A stretch of DNA of 64,000 nucleotides from Armatimonadota bacterium (lineage in GTDB: Bacteria; Armatimonadota; HRBIN16): assembly GCA_963677485.1 (NCBI GenBank), contig OY781964.1, positions 1,056,001-1,120,000 on the forward strand, read 5' to 3'. Below, in pieces: positions 9,995-18,734 of this stretch. Made by a program: the position numbers and the translations under genes. Under the pieces are notes generated by a model. That model ran no database searches. It was not told the DNA's origin and saw nothing but the letters and a program-made list of their open reading frames with translations. How positions within the stretch are numbered: position 1 is the first letter of the stretch; every line of letters starts with the position of its first letter.

Positions 9995-10300
9995 CACGCG
10001 AAGACGCGAATGGGAAGACTTCATCCACAGATGACGCAGATGGCACAGATTAGGCGGTTGGATGCGCGAGGATTCGGTATGGTAGCGATCCTAATTGGCT
10101 ATGTCCGGGGCGGTCTTTCAGTACGCTGGCGATGACAGAAGGCTATAGACCGCGCCGGTCTGGTTCGAAGGCGGGTGGCTATCGGCACGAAGGATTAAGG
10201 GATTCATTTCTGAACCACGAATGAACACGAAGGAACACGAATGGAGAGGATGCATCCACAGATTACGCAGATGGCACAGATTAGGCGGTTAACGACACGG
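9995..10300. repeat. Intergenic repeat-module cluster, reverse orientation relative to 315-752
   Basis: CACGCGAAGACGCGAA, two copies of ATCCACAGATnACGCAGATGGCACAGATTAGGCGGTT, ATTGGCTATGTCCGGGGCGGTCT, AACCACGAATGAACACGAA. Confidence 0.85.
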
Positions 10301-10338
10301 GTTTGTCTGCAGATATCCAGCGTAGATACTGTGGCTTT

Positions 10339-10344
10339 TGTCAA
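10339..10344 (-). promoter_or_regulatory. -35 box (TTGACA) of the IS110 circle-junction promoter
   Basis: After joining the ends: TTGACA-17 bp-TACGCT, with the -10 at 12133-12128, pointing into the bridge-RNA region. Confidence 0.8.
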
Positions 10345-10596
10345 GTCCCCAGGGGCAAATCTGGGGATTTGGACCTGAATATCAGACACTGGCTCTAGAC
10401 CACGTAGAATAACGTTAATGTGATGTTTGTGGCATATAGACCAAACCTGGATCCGCGTCAGAAACAGGCTCAGATGGCATCAGTTGGTCCGTAGCACCTC
10501 ACATGACGCTCGGAGTCGCGAACGGACGTGCGACATCTTCGTGGCTTCGAAAGATATCGTTATGCTTCGATGCGTGCTATCGGCAGACTGCCGCAG

Positions 10597-11889
10597 CTAG
10601 GATACTGGTGTCAGAACCCTCGGTTTGTTGCCCACCCGACTGCGCGATGGCCGGTTTCGGGATGCGGGCCGACCACCGCCGGCAGGAGTGGGCTCATTGG
10701 TGGGATTTCCATCCACGCATCCCCGTCTTGGAACGCTCACGTCCAGCCCAGGATCATTGCCTACACCGGCTATATCATGGGCCGCTCCGGCACGATCCTG
10801 GACATGTCCGTTCGCGTCGGTCAGCGGTTGCTGGTTGGCCGCATTTGAAGCTTGTTCGATGCCGAAGTTTGGATCATATGGCTGACGGCTGATTAATACC
10901 GACCACATGAGCACCAGCTGCTTGCGCATGATTGCGCACCGGACAACTCGCTTGGACTTCGGTTTCTTATTGGGATTCTTTACCAAATTCGGATGCTGCA
11001 GTTCCTTCACGAAGTCGTGCATGCTCTGGCCAAGCTTTTTCGACTTACCGTTGACCATCTTCACCACAGTGCTCGATCCACAGTAGAGTAATGTCCGCAT
11101 ATATCGGTCACCCATCTTGGATATGGAGCCGTCGTATGTCTTGCAGCTTCCTGACCGTTGCGGGCAGGGGTTCATTCCGAAATAGCGCGCGACCGCTTTC
11201 GATGTTTCAAATCGTTTAGCATCACCGATTTTCGCAAGGAAATAGCTTGCTGTGACGTCGCCGATACCCGGAATGCTCTTCAGCAGAGCCATATCTTCGG
11301 TCATCTGCGGTGAACTCATCACAAGCTCTTTGATCTGAACATCAAGCTTTTTGATGCCCATGTCATGAAAAGCGATCATCTCGTCCAGCACTGTGCTCCG
11401 CGTAAGCCGACAGCTTTGGCGCTGGGCGATCGCCTGTCTGTGTTGCACCAGCATACGGCGGTCATTGGTGTAACCAATAAGCGCATCATAGCATGCTAGA
11501 CGAGGGACATAGAGTGAGACATTGTGACTTTTCACATAGTCAGCGATTAGCACGCTGTCAGAGCAGTCCGTCTTTTGTTCCCAGCCTTTGGCTTTGCGGT
11601 GATAGAGAACCCGTTTTGGCTCCAGTTGGACAGCATCGTGCTGGTGCTCGTAGAGGTAATCAAGCAGCGGTCGGCTGTAAGGCCCGGTGGCTTCAGCCGC
11701 ATACAAGGCGGGAGTTCGGGTAAGCTTCTTCACCCATGACAACAACTCCTTGTATCCGGCCTTGTTGTTCTTGAACTCCTTATGGTCTATCGGCTTGTGC
11801 GATGAACCTAATACAGACGCGTCAAACGTCAATTTCGAGATGTCGATCCCGACATAATGGATGTAGATTTTGTCTTCAACTTCGTGCAT
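10597..11889 (-). CDS. IS110 DEDD recombinase/transposase with a long low-complexity C-terminal tail
   Basis: VGIDISK, AAEATG, KTDCSD (DEDD), SIPGIG, catalytic Ser in QRSGS, GSISKMG; ATG 11889 preceded by GGAG. Confidence 0.95.
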   Translation of the reverse strand: MHEVEDKIYIHYVGIDISKLTFDASVLGSSHKPIDHKEFKNNKAGYKELLSWVKKLTRTPALYAAEATGPYSRPLLDYLYEHQHDAVQLEPKRVLYHRKAKGWEQKTDCSDSVLIADYVKSHNVSLYVPRLACYDALIGYTNDRRMLVQHRQAIAQRQSCRLTRSTVLDEMIAFHDMGIKKLDVQIKELVMSSPQMTEDMALLKSIPGIGDVTASYFLAKIGDAKRFETSKAVARYFGMNPCPQRSGSCKTYDGSISKMGDRYMRTLLYCGSSTVVKMVNGKSKKLGQSMHDFVKELQHPNLVKNPNKKPKSKRVVRCAIMRKQLVLMWSVLISRQPYDPNFGIEQASNAANQQPLTDANGHVQDRAGAAHDIAGVGNDPGLDVSVPRRGCVDGNPTNEPTPAGGGRPASRNRPSRSRVGNKPRVLTPVS

Positions 11890-11924
11890 GTGGTAATCTC
11901 CAGTTGGTAGTGATTGATGGTGCA

Positions 11925-12120
11925 ATCAACCAAATCAGCCTAGCGAACACGGGGTTTTCTCCCAAGATACTGTTCGATATGGGTTGATTGGGAGAAGGAT
12001 GCCTATCTACGTCACGGTGTTTTCCACCAGGGGCGGTTCCGGCATCCAATCCTTCTCCTTCACCCCCAGCTAAGGGGTGAGATTAGCTCCCCGACTGCTT
12101 TTGGTGTCCGGGGAGCTCAC
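11925..12120 (-). ncRNA. Putative IS110 bridge RNA with target-binding and donor-binding loops; boundaries approximate
   Basis: GGATGCC..GGCATCC stem encloses ACCGCCCCT (12037-12029) and GACGTAG (12013-12007). A second loop contains ACAGTATCT (11973-11965) and CTAG (11943-11940). These match the element's own target and donor junctions. Confidence 0.8.
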
Positions 12121-12276
12121 CATATATAGCGTACTAGGGGCGATTCGCGAATCGCCCTTCTAGCGTCGGTGGTGTGCTGTGTATCTACGAATAGACACGA
12201 ACGTCGGAACGTAAAAGGCATCTGCTGCCTCCGGTATTCGGACCTCAACACGTTCACGTGAATTGTAAATGCCATC

Positions 12277-14070
12277 CTACCTGCCCGCATCCTTCAACAA
12301 CCCGTATTTCGCGGCAGGAACCATGATCGAACGGTCATACAGTTTCATGGCTTCCCTATCGGCCGGTGATACCACCTCGGTGGGTGAGAACAACAGCGTG
12401 TCCCGTGACCACGCCGCGGCGTCTTTTGCGGTGAACAGAGGGTAGGCCACGAAGCTCAGCGTCAGCCAGAGCACTGCCATCGACACAGCCAGTCCGCGAG
12501 TCCATTCGAACAACCACTCCTTGCGGGCCAACGGTTTGGTTGCAAGAAGCAACACCACTGCGATTGCCAGAGCAAACAGAGCGGAGTAGCACGCCAGACC
12601 ACCCAATGCCAGCAACACCACCAACAGACCCACGAACACCATGAAGTGAGGTCGTTTGGTCAGCGCGCCCATCCTGCGAGACAGCCACCAGACAGGCAGT
12701 ATCAGGCAAAGAACGGTCGTAACCGCCAGTTGCACCACAAACGACATTTGCGCCACACCTGGGCCGTACTGCCGCGACATCAAGCTGGGCACGAGCAGCA
12801 GCAGACCATATACCGCCCATGGCATCAAAGCCAAAGCCGCCGCAATACTCAAATCCTTACGCGAATACTGCCATTCAGAGCCTGCCAGAAACGCACAGCA
12901 CAGCAGCAATACCACCAGTATACCGCCTACGAAGACACTGAGTGTGTTGGCCACTACCCGTTCGAATACCGCTTGCTCCGCTGTGCGTAAGGGTTCGATG
13001 TTTTTAAGGGTAATGTTCGCATTTCGGTCCAGGCAGATGGCACTCAACACGCTGCCGTGCTGTGAGATGATGTTGTCACTCTCAGAATTGTCATGTGGCT
13101 TGTTCATCTTCTTGACTTCTTGAACATAACCACTGTAACGCTGAGCTCTAGTTGCGTCACCAGCGATTTTAGCTACCTCTGCGGTGGCATTAGCCAGCAT
13201 TGATATACAGGCTTTGTATAACATCACATCGATCACAGCATATAGCTTACCCTGTTTGAACTTGAATATCGGCTGTTGCCAACGTCGTGACATCTGGTCG
13301 GCCTGCTTCACCTGACCATTCCGCGCCAGGTAGACCATCATGGCACCATAGTTTCTTGCGAACGTCCTTTGATAGGACAGCATTGGATGCAGACTTTCGG
13401 AACTCACCTCAATTCGGGCCAACTGGTGTTCCGTGAGATATGGCGGTTTGATGTTGCGCATACGGTGGCGTTCATATTCGGTGGTGTAGTCCGACAATAT
13501 CGGCGATGAGAGCGCCTTCTGCGCGTAAGCTAGTGCTTGGGGCAGTGCCGTCGGACGGGTAATGGTAATGCCCGACCAGGTTTTCGTCTTGATTTTATCG
13601 GTGTCCAAGCCTGCTTCACGGAACGCCTCGTTGGCCAGCATCATAGGGTAGAGCGCGTTGGCGGGATCATCTGCCATATATGTGGTCAGCAGCGCAATCC
13701 GCGGTTGGGGTTCCTTCGGCAGCCTATATAGAAATCGCGCGTGCGTCCAGTTCCGCAGCTCAATCGGTTTGTTTCGGGAATCGCGCAGCAGCTTATCAGG
13801 TGAGCGGTCAGCCTCCAGGGAGAAGGCTACATCACGCCAGTTCTGATCTGTCACTAACAGTCCGGAGAGAACTGGTGGGATTTTGACTCCGAAGCCAAAA
13901 CTCGAATCGTCGTCGTGAACGTAAAACTGTCTGTACCACTCCATCACGCCCATCAGCGGGACCCCACGATGGCCAAGCCATGCATTCGTGGCCAGCACCA
14001 GCACGGCGGCCAACAACGGCCACCAGCGGATTCGGCGGGATGGTTTTGATGCTACGATGGTGTCTGACAT
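12277..14070 (-). CDS. Hypothetical membrane protein (N-terminal anchor, helical soluble domain, C-terminal multi-TM); paralog of 14079-15782
   Basis: 597-aa ORF sharing DPxNAxYPxxLANxAF, YLARxGQxxQA and EPxRxAEQxxxER with its neighbour. Confidence 0.8.
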   Translation of the reverse strand: MSDTIVASKPSRRIRWWPLLAAVLVLATNAWLGHRGVPLMGVMEWYRQFYVHDDDSSFGFGVKIPPVLSGLLVTDQNWRDVAFSLEADRSPDKLLRDSRNKPIELRNWTHARFLYRLPKEPQPRIALLTTYMADDPANALYPMMLANEAFREAGLDTDKIKTKTWSGITITRPTALPQALAYAQKALSSPILSDYTTEYERHRMRNIKPPYLTEHQLARIEVSSESLHPMLSYQRTFARNYGAMMVYLARNGQVKQADQMSRRWQQPIFKFKQGKLYAVIDVMLYKACISMLANATAEVAKIAGDATRAQRYSGYVQEVKKMNKPHDNSESDNIISQHGSVLSAICLDRNANITLKNIEPLRTAEQAVFERVVANTLSVFVGGILVVLLLCCAFLAGSEWQYSRKDLSIAAALALMPWAVYGLLLLVPSLMSRQYGPGVAQMSFVVQLAVTTVLCLILPVWWLSRRMGALTKRPHFMVFVGLLVVLLALGGLACYSALFALAIAVVLLLATKPLARKEWLFEWTRGLAVSMAVLWLTLSFVAYPLFTAKDAAAWSRDTLLFSPTEVVSPADREAMKLYDRSIMVPAAKYGLLKDAGR

Positions 14071-14078
14071 AGTTTCTC

Positions 14079-15782
14079 CTATTTTGCCGGCTTTGTAGCG
14101 ATCTCTCGAAGTAGTTCTACGATGGGACGATTGTTTATCCTCACACTGAGCTGTTCGGCTGGTGAAGGGGTGCCATCTCTGGAGATCACGAAGTTCTCAC
14201 GTGCCCAGGCGGATTGCTCTTTATGCACAAACATCGGGTAGATCAATCCTATCTGAATTATCCAGAGCAAGAACCAGGCGACGGGCACATCGGGCAGTGC
14301 GAACAACGCCTTCAGCGATACCTGCCGACGCTGTTTCAGCACGAACACCGGCAGCACGAAGCTAAAAAGTGCCGAAAGGCCTACGCCCCACACGATCTGA
14401 CCGCCCATTACCGCTACGCTCTGTGCTCGCGGCCAGAATGCGGCATATAATCCGTACAACACCCATGGAATCATCGCATAGCATAGCGACCACAAGGTTT
14501 CTTTCCAACTAAAGGCATATAATTCGGTCTTGCCGCCACCATTCGATAGCTTTGTGGCTATCAGCATGACGATCAACGCCAGGCCTAATACCACGCCAAG
14601 CAGCAGGCTGGTTTTGACAACCATGTAGCGTTCCAGAAAGCTCTGCTCTGCGCTGCGGATGGGCTCATATCGGGCGGCGGGTAACGGGTTGTAGGCATAC
14701 AGCATCGTCACCACATGGGCGGTATAACCGCCATATCTTAACGTGTGATCCACATTAAAGCCGTCCCTGTCCTTGAATACCTTGCGTATCTTCTTGGCGA
14801 GGTTGTTGTATTTCGCTGCGCCTTCGCGATCACCTAAAAGCGCGGCCGTCTCCGCATTCGCTCGCATCAGCACCGAAGTGCTGGATGTTAGGCCCGTGTT
14901 GCCGAGATATGATTGGGTGGTCTCCAGACGATGCAGCAAGGTTTCTGGCCAGGCAGCCATCATCCGTTTGGCTTGTTCTCGTTGGCCTGTGCGTGCCAGA
15001 TATCGCATCGCATGAGCATATTGCCGGCAAAACCACTTATCGGTGGTGACGGGACCATATGTAAATGTCTGTAACTCCGATTGTGCCACCACTTCTTCAG
15101 ACAGAGTCACCGGCTCAATACCCTTTTGATAAGGCCACAGCACCTTGGAGCTGTAGGTGTTGATCTCCTTCAACCGCATCGCTTCAGCCGCATACCCCAA
15201 CGCTGTTTGGAACTGCACTGCACTTTTCAACGATGTGAGCTGCACTTTAGACGAATCAGGCACCCCGGCAGCGGTGAACGCCAGGTTGGCCAGGCAGATC
15301 GGGTAGATTGCATTCTGCGGATCCTGCTTCATGGCTCCCAACAGAAACTGCTGGCGTTTCTCCGGTTGGCGGCTATAGATGCGGTCAGTGACGGCTGCTG
15401 CGAAGTATTTACGCATCGGCTCGGGGTTCGAGTCGATCATCTTCTGGGTGACATGATACACATCTGGAACCCGATTTTGCGATATCTTCCGCCACCGCGG
15501 GTCGGTCTTTGCGAGTGCCTCCAGGGGAAACGAAGGCGTGCTACTCGGGGTGAGTCTATCTACGACATCCTGCACCTGACGCGATAGTCCATACTTGGAC
15601 CACTGAGGATATTGGCTCCTAATCCTGTGAATTTCTACAATGTCGTTGACCGTAGAATCCAGAGGCTGAGTCTTGCGGATCAACGCCGCTTCACCCGCCA
15701 TCAACAGCACCAGCAGCATGAGCAGCAGTGCCCATCTGCGGTCTGGGCGGGTGGTTTTCGGTGTTTTCTCGCTGTCCGTCAT
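14079..15782 (-). CDS. Hypothetical membrane protein; paralog of 12277-14070
   Basis: Start set to MTDSEK after a GGAG RBS, because the longer ORF runs through repeat DNA; shared motifs with neighbour. Confidence 0.8.
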   Translation of the reverse strand: MTDSEKTPKTTRPDRRWALLLMLLVLLMAGEAALIRKTQPLDSTVNDIVEIHRIRSQYPQWSKYGLSRQVQDVVDRLTPSSTPSFPLEALAKTDPRWRKISQNRVPDVYHVTQKMIDSNPEPMRKYFAAAVTDRIYSRQPEKRQQFLLGAMKQDPQNAIYPICLANLAFTAAGVPDSSKVQLTSLKSAVQFQTALGYAAEAMRLKEINTYSSKVLWPYQKGIEPVTLSEEVVAQSELQTFTYGPVTTDKWFCRQYAHAMRYLARTGQREQAKRMMAAWPETLLHRLETTQSYLGNTGLTSSTSVLMRANAETAALLGDREGAAKYNNLAKKIRKVFKDRDGFNVDHTLRYGGYTAHVVTMLYAYNPLPAARYEPIRSAEQSFLERYMVVKTSLLLGVVLGLALIVMLIATKLSNGGGKTELYAFSWKETLWSLCYAMIPWVLYGLYAAFWPRAQSVAVMGGQIVWGVGLSALFSFVLPVFVLKQRRQVSLKALFALPDVPVAWFLLWIIQIGLIYPMFVHKEQSAWARENFVISRDGTPSPAEQLSVRINNRPIVELLREIATKPAK

Positions 15783-15908
15783 TTTCGCTCCTTCGTGGCT
15801 TGTGGCATGTTGTACCAAACCCTTGGCACGGCACAAGGTTGATTCGTGAATCGCACCGTACCTTACCGGAATACCCTTCGCGTCTTCGCGTGAGACCGTT
15901 CCGAACAA

Positions 15909-15937
15909 TAGAAGGGCGATTCGCGAATCGCCCCTAC
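15909..15937. repeat. GTAG-family REP-like palindrome TAGAAGGGCGATTCGCGAATCGCCCCTAC (intact copy of the IS110 target)
   Basis: GGGCGATTCGCGAATCGCCC palindrome plus CTAC; exact reverse complement of the reconstructed site at 10322/12136-12162. Confidence 0.9.
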
Positions 15938-16099
15938 CCACCAGATCGCGCTGTGTGTCTCGTTTTTCGATATATGCATTAGTATACAACCGTTGAGACG
16001 GCTTGAATTAGGCTGACATGGGTGGAACGCGGTATCATGTGAAAAACAACAACAGATTCAAAGCACATTACACTGGTGACCCAATGCAGGAGGCACCCG

Positions 16100-18634
16100 A
16101 TGACGATACTACCAGTTCCACAGCAGTTGCAGCATGTAAACGACGAGATGCCGATCACTCTTCTTCGCGAAATGACGCTGATGGTACCCAACGACAGTCA
16201 GGAGAGCCTCCGCCGCCATATCAAGGAGTTGTGCGATGAAGCCCGCATCAAGTACAAGCTGAGCATCAGCGCACTAAATGGTTTTATGCTGAGTGCGGGC
16301 GCGGCGAAGACAGGCGGCAAGGGATCTGCCTTTAGCGAGCAGGCGAAGCAGCAGGGGTATCGGCTGGATATCCGCCCAGAAGGACTTACGCTGACCGCCG
16401 AAACCGAGCAGGGGCTGTTCTACGGCTTGATGACGCTGCGCCAGATTCTGCTGGAAGCGAAGAGCGAACGCCGACGCGGCATCGCCGCTGTCAGCATTGT
16501 GGACTGGCCAGCCATCGAGATGCGGGGTTATCAAGAGGACTACGGCCGTGACCAGCTCTCCACCATGGAAGACCTGAAACGCACCGTCCTGCGTCTGGCT
16601 CAGTATAAAATGAACACCTTCTTGATGTATATCGAACCCGATCATTTTGTTTACAAGTTTGATCCCAATATCAGCACCGACTATGACCGGTTCACGATGG
16701 CTGAAATCCGCGATCTCGTCGCCTATGCCAAGCGATACTATGTGCAGATTATCCCCGTGGTGGAGCTGCTGGGCCATACGGAGATGCTGCTGCGTCACGA
16801 ACGGTATAAACGCATTGCCGAGATGCCCACCGGAGGTGGTGACCTCTGCCCCACCAGCGAAGAGACCTGGGAGGTGGTGGCTAAAATCGTCAACGAGTTG
16901 GCACCCGCTTTCAACGGCAAGTATTTCCACACGGGCCTCGATGAAAGCATGGCCATCGGTCAAGGCCGCAGCAAAGAGGCAGTGGATAAGTACGGCATCG
17001 CGAAGGTCTACGCGGATTATTACAACAGGCTGAACCGGCTGATCCGCAAGCACGGTCAGACGATGATGATGTACGGCGATATCGTGATGAACCACCCCGA
17101 CATCTTAACCATGCTGGACAAAGACATCGTGCTGATGAGCTGGGACTATATCCCGCAAGAACGATACGGTTCGCTGGACAGGTTCTCACAGTTGGGCTTC
17201 AAGACCACATCCTTAAGCGGCCTGTGGGACTGGAGGCAGGCCTACCCGTTGGGCGGGGCGACCTTCAAGAACATCGACACCTACACCAAACAGATCGTTG
17301 AGGTAGGCGCTTTAGGGCACTTCGTGAGTGACTGGGGCGATGGGTACCACGGGGCCAACGGCAAAAACTTGAGCGAAAACAACGACATGAGCGCTGTCTA
17401 CTGCGGCTGTTCGGGTTGGAGTGCGCGCCCTATACCCATCCGCGAGTTTGTTCCGATGTATTGCCAGACCTACTATGGCAGCTCGGACCCGCAGCTTTCC
17501 GGAGCACTGACGAACCTGGCCCTGGCTCAAGGTGAGGGGGTTGAGCGCAGCTATCAGGCGCTCATCATGCAGTGGGGGGATTTCCGTCCGAAGATATTCA
17601 GCATGTTCGAGGTGTCAGATGAGGAGATGCGCTTCTGGAGGCATATGGGGGAGACGGCTGAACAGGCGATTCAGGTTCTACACCGCCAGCGCCTGCCTCG
17701 CAACGGTGACCGACTGGATGCCGTGATTGTGGCGGCCCGCCATCTGGTCATGGCTTCGCAGATGGCCATGGGTGCCTCGCAGATCGTAAAATTGGTAGAC
17801 CAGCCCACGCCTGACAAATTATCTACCGAGGCCATACTAAGGCTACTCATCAAAAATCAAACCAGCCTGGGCAAGGATTACCGCACGGTCTACCTGCGGC
17901 GAAACCGGCCACTCAATATGAACCACATTCAGAAGGTATGGGAATACACCATCGGTTGCCTAAAATCTGTTCTAGCTGACCTGAAGGCAGGACGGCTGAC
18001 TTTCAGCACCCCCAAGGCGATGGTGGCCATGTGGCGGTTTGATCATAAAGCTCCCTGGGAGAGCCTGCCCAAGGGCCTCACGCTCACACCAAAAACGTCA
18101 GATGCCACCATCGGCGCACTCTCTAGTGGAGAAGGGTATGTGATGCTGCGCAACGGCGTCTACTTGAGTGCGATTGACAGTAAACGGCTATTGGACTTCG
18201 GTCAGCGCTCCTTTACGGTGGAGCTTTGGACGCGGCATCATGGCCAGAAGCCGCAGCAGTTCGGCAGCACCTTCTTTAGCGATGGCGTGGGCTGGCGGGT
18301 GGGTGTGAACAACAGCCATCAGATCACGTTCACGCTGTATGGTGTGTCCGACATACTCTGTCCCAGCGCGGTGCTGCCGCCAGATGGTCAGTGGCATCAT
18401 GTGGCCATCAGCTTCAGCTATTACCACAAGGTTCATTTCTACGTGGACGGCGTGCTGAAGCAGCAGATGGAGCTGGCGGGCAGACCGAACAGCACCGAGA
18501 ATCCTATGCTGCTTGTGGGCAACGAATCTGGGCTTGCGACGCCCTATGTGGGTGACATCACCAGACTGCGGGTTCACTCCGGCGCATTAACCGCTGATGA
18601 GCTGGACAGCAAGTTAAGCCCAGTGCAGTTGTAG
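16100..18634 (+). CDS. GH20-like beta-N-acetylhexosaminidase with C-terminal LamG/ConA domain, copy 1
   Basis: ILPVPQ, QGYRL, GLFYGLMTLRQ, DWP..EMRG, LLGH, catalytic HTGLDE; LamG motifs FTVELW, DGQWHHVA, FYVDG. Confidence 0.88.
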   Translation: MTILPVPQQLQHVNDEMPITLLREMTLMVPNDSQESLRRHIKELCDEARIKYKLSISALNGFMLSAGAAKTGGKGSAFSEQAKQQGYRLDIRPEGLTLTAETEQGLFYGLMTLRQILLEAKSERRRGIAAVSIVDWPAIEMRGYQEDYGRDQLSTMEDLKRTVLRLAQYKMNTFLMYIEPDHFVYKFDPNISTDYDRFTMAEIRDLVAYAKRYYVQIIPVVELLGHTEMLLRHERYKRIAEMPTGGGDLCPTSEETWEVVAKIVNELAPAFNGKYFHTGLDESMAIGQGRSKEAVDKYGIAKVYADYYNRLNRLIRKHGQTMMMYGDIVMNHPDILTMLDKDIVLMSWDYIPQERYGSLDRFSQLGFKTTSLSGLWDWRQAYPLGGATFKNIDTYTKQIVEVGALGHFVSDWGDGYHGANGKNLSENNDMSAVYCGCSGWSARPIPIREFVPMYCQTYYGSSDPQLSGALTNLALAQGEGVERSYQALIMQWGDFRPKIFSMFEVSDEEMRFWRHMGETAEQAIQVLHRQRLPRNGDRLDAVIVAARHLVMASQMAMGASQIVKLVDQPTPDKLSTEAILRLLIKNQTSLGKDYRTVYLRRNRPLNMNHIQKVWEYTIGCLKSVLADLKAGRLTFSTPKAMVAMWRFDHKAPWESLPKGLTLTPKTSDATIGALSSGEGYVMLRNGVYLSAIDSKRLLDFGQRSFTVELWTRHHGQKPQQFGSTFFSDGVGWRVGVNNSHQITFTLYGVSDILCPSAVLPPDGQWHHVAISFSYYHKVHFYVDGVLKQQMELAGRPNSTENPMLLVGNESGLATPYVGDITRLRVHSGALTADELDSKLSPVQL

Positions 18635-18734
18635 GCAAAAGGATGGGCGGATGGCCGCCGTCCCTGTACAATACAAATACAAAGATACCTATACCATTGC
18701 CCATTACACCGTGACCTAATGCAGGAGGCACCCG

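Larger units (their letters stand above)
10324..12137 (-). mobile_element. IS110-family element (IS621-like), ~1.8 kb, inserted at a CT core inside a GTAG-type palindrome
   Basis: Minus-strand junctions ATCGCCC-CT-AGTAC (12144-12131) and ACAGTAT-CT-ACGCT (10332-10319). Rejoining the flanks restores the palindrome that is intact at 15909-15937. Confidence 0.9.

Noticed and set aside
10503-10892. Plus-strand ORFs inside the first IS110
   Set aside because: Antisense to the recombinase tail; no recognisable motifs.
15783-15989. N-terminal extension of the 636-aa ORF
   Set aside because: Runs through REP repeats; a better start with RBS is at 15782.
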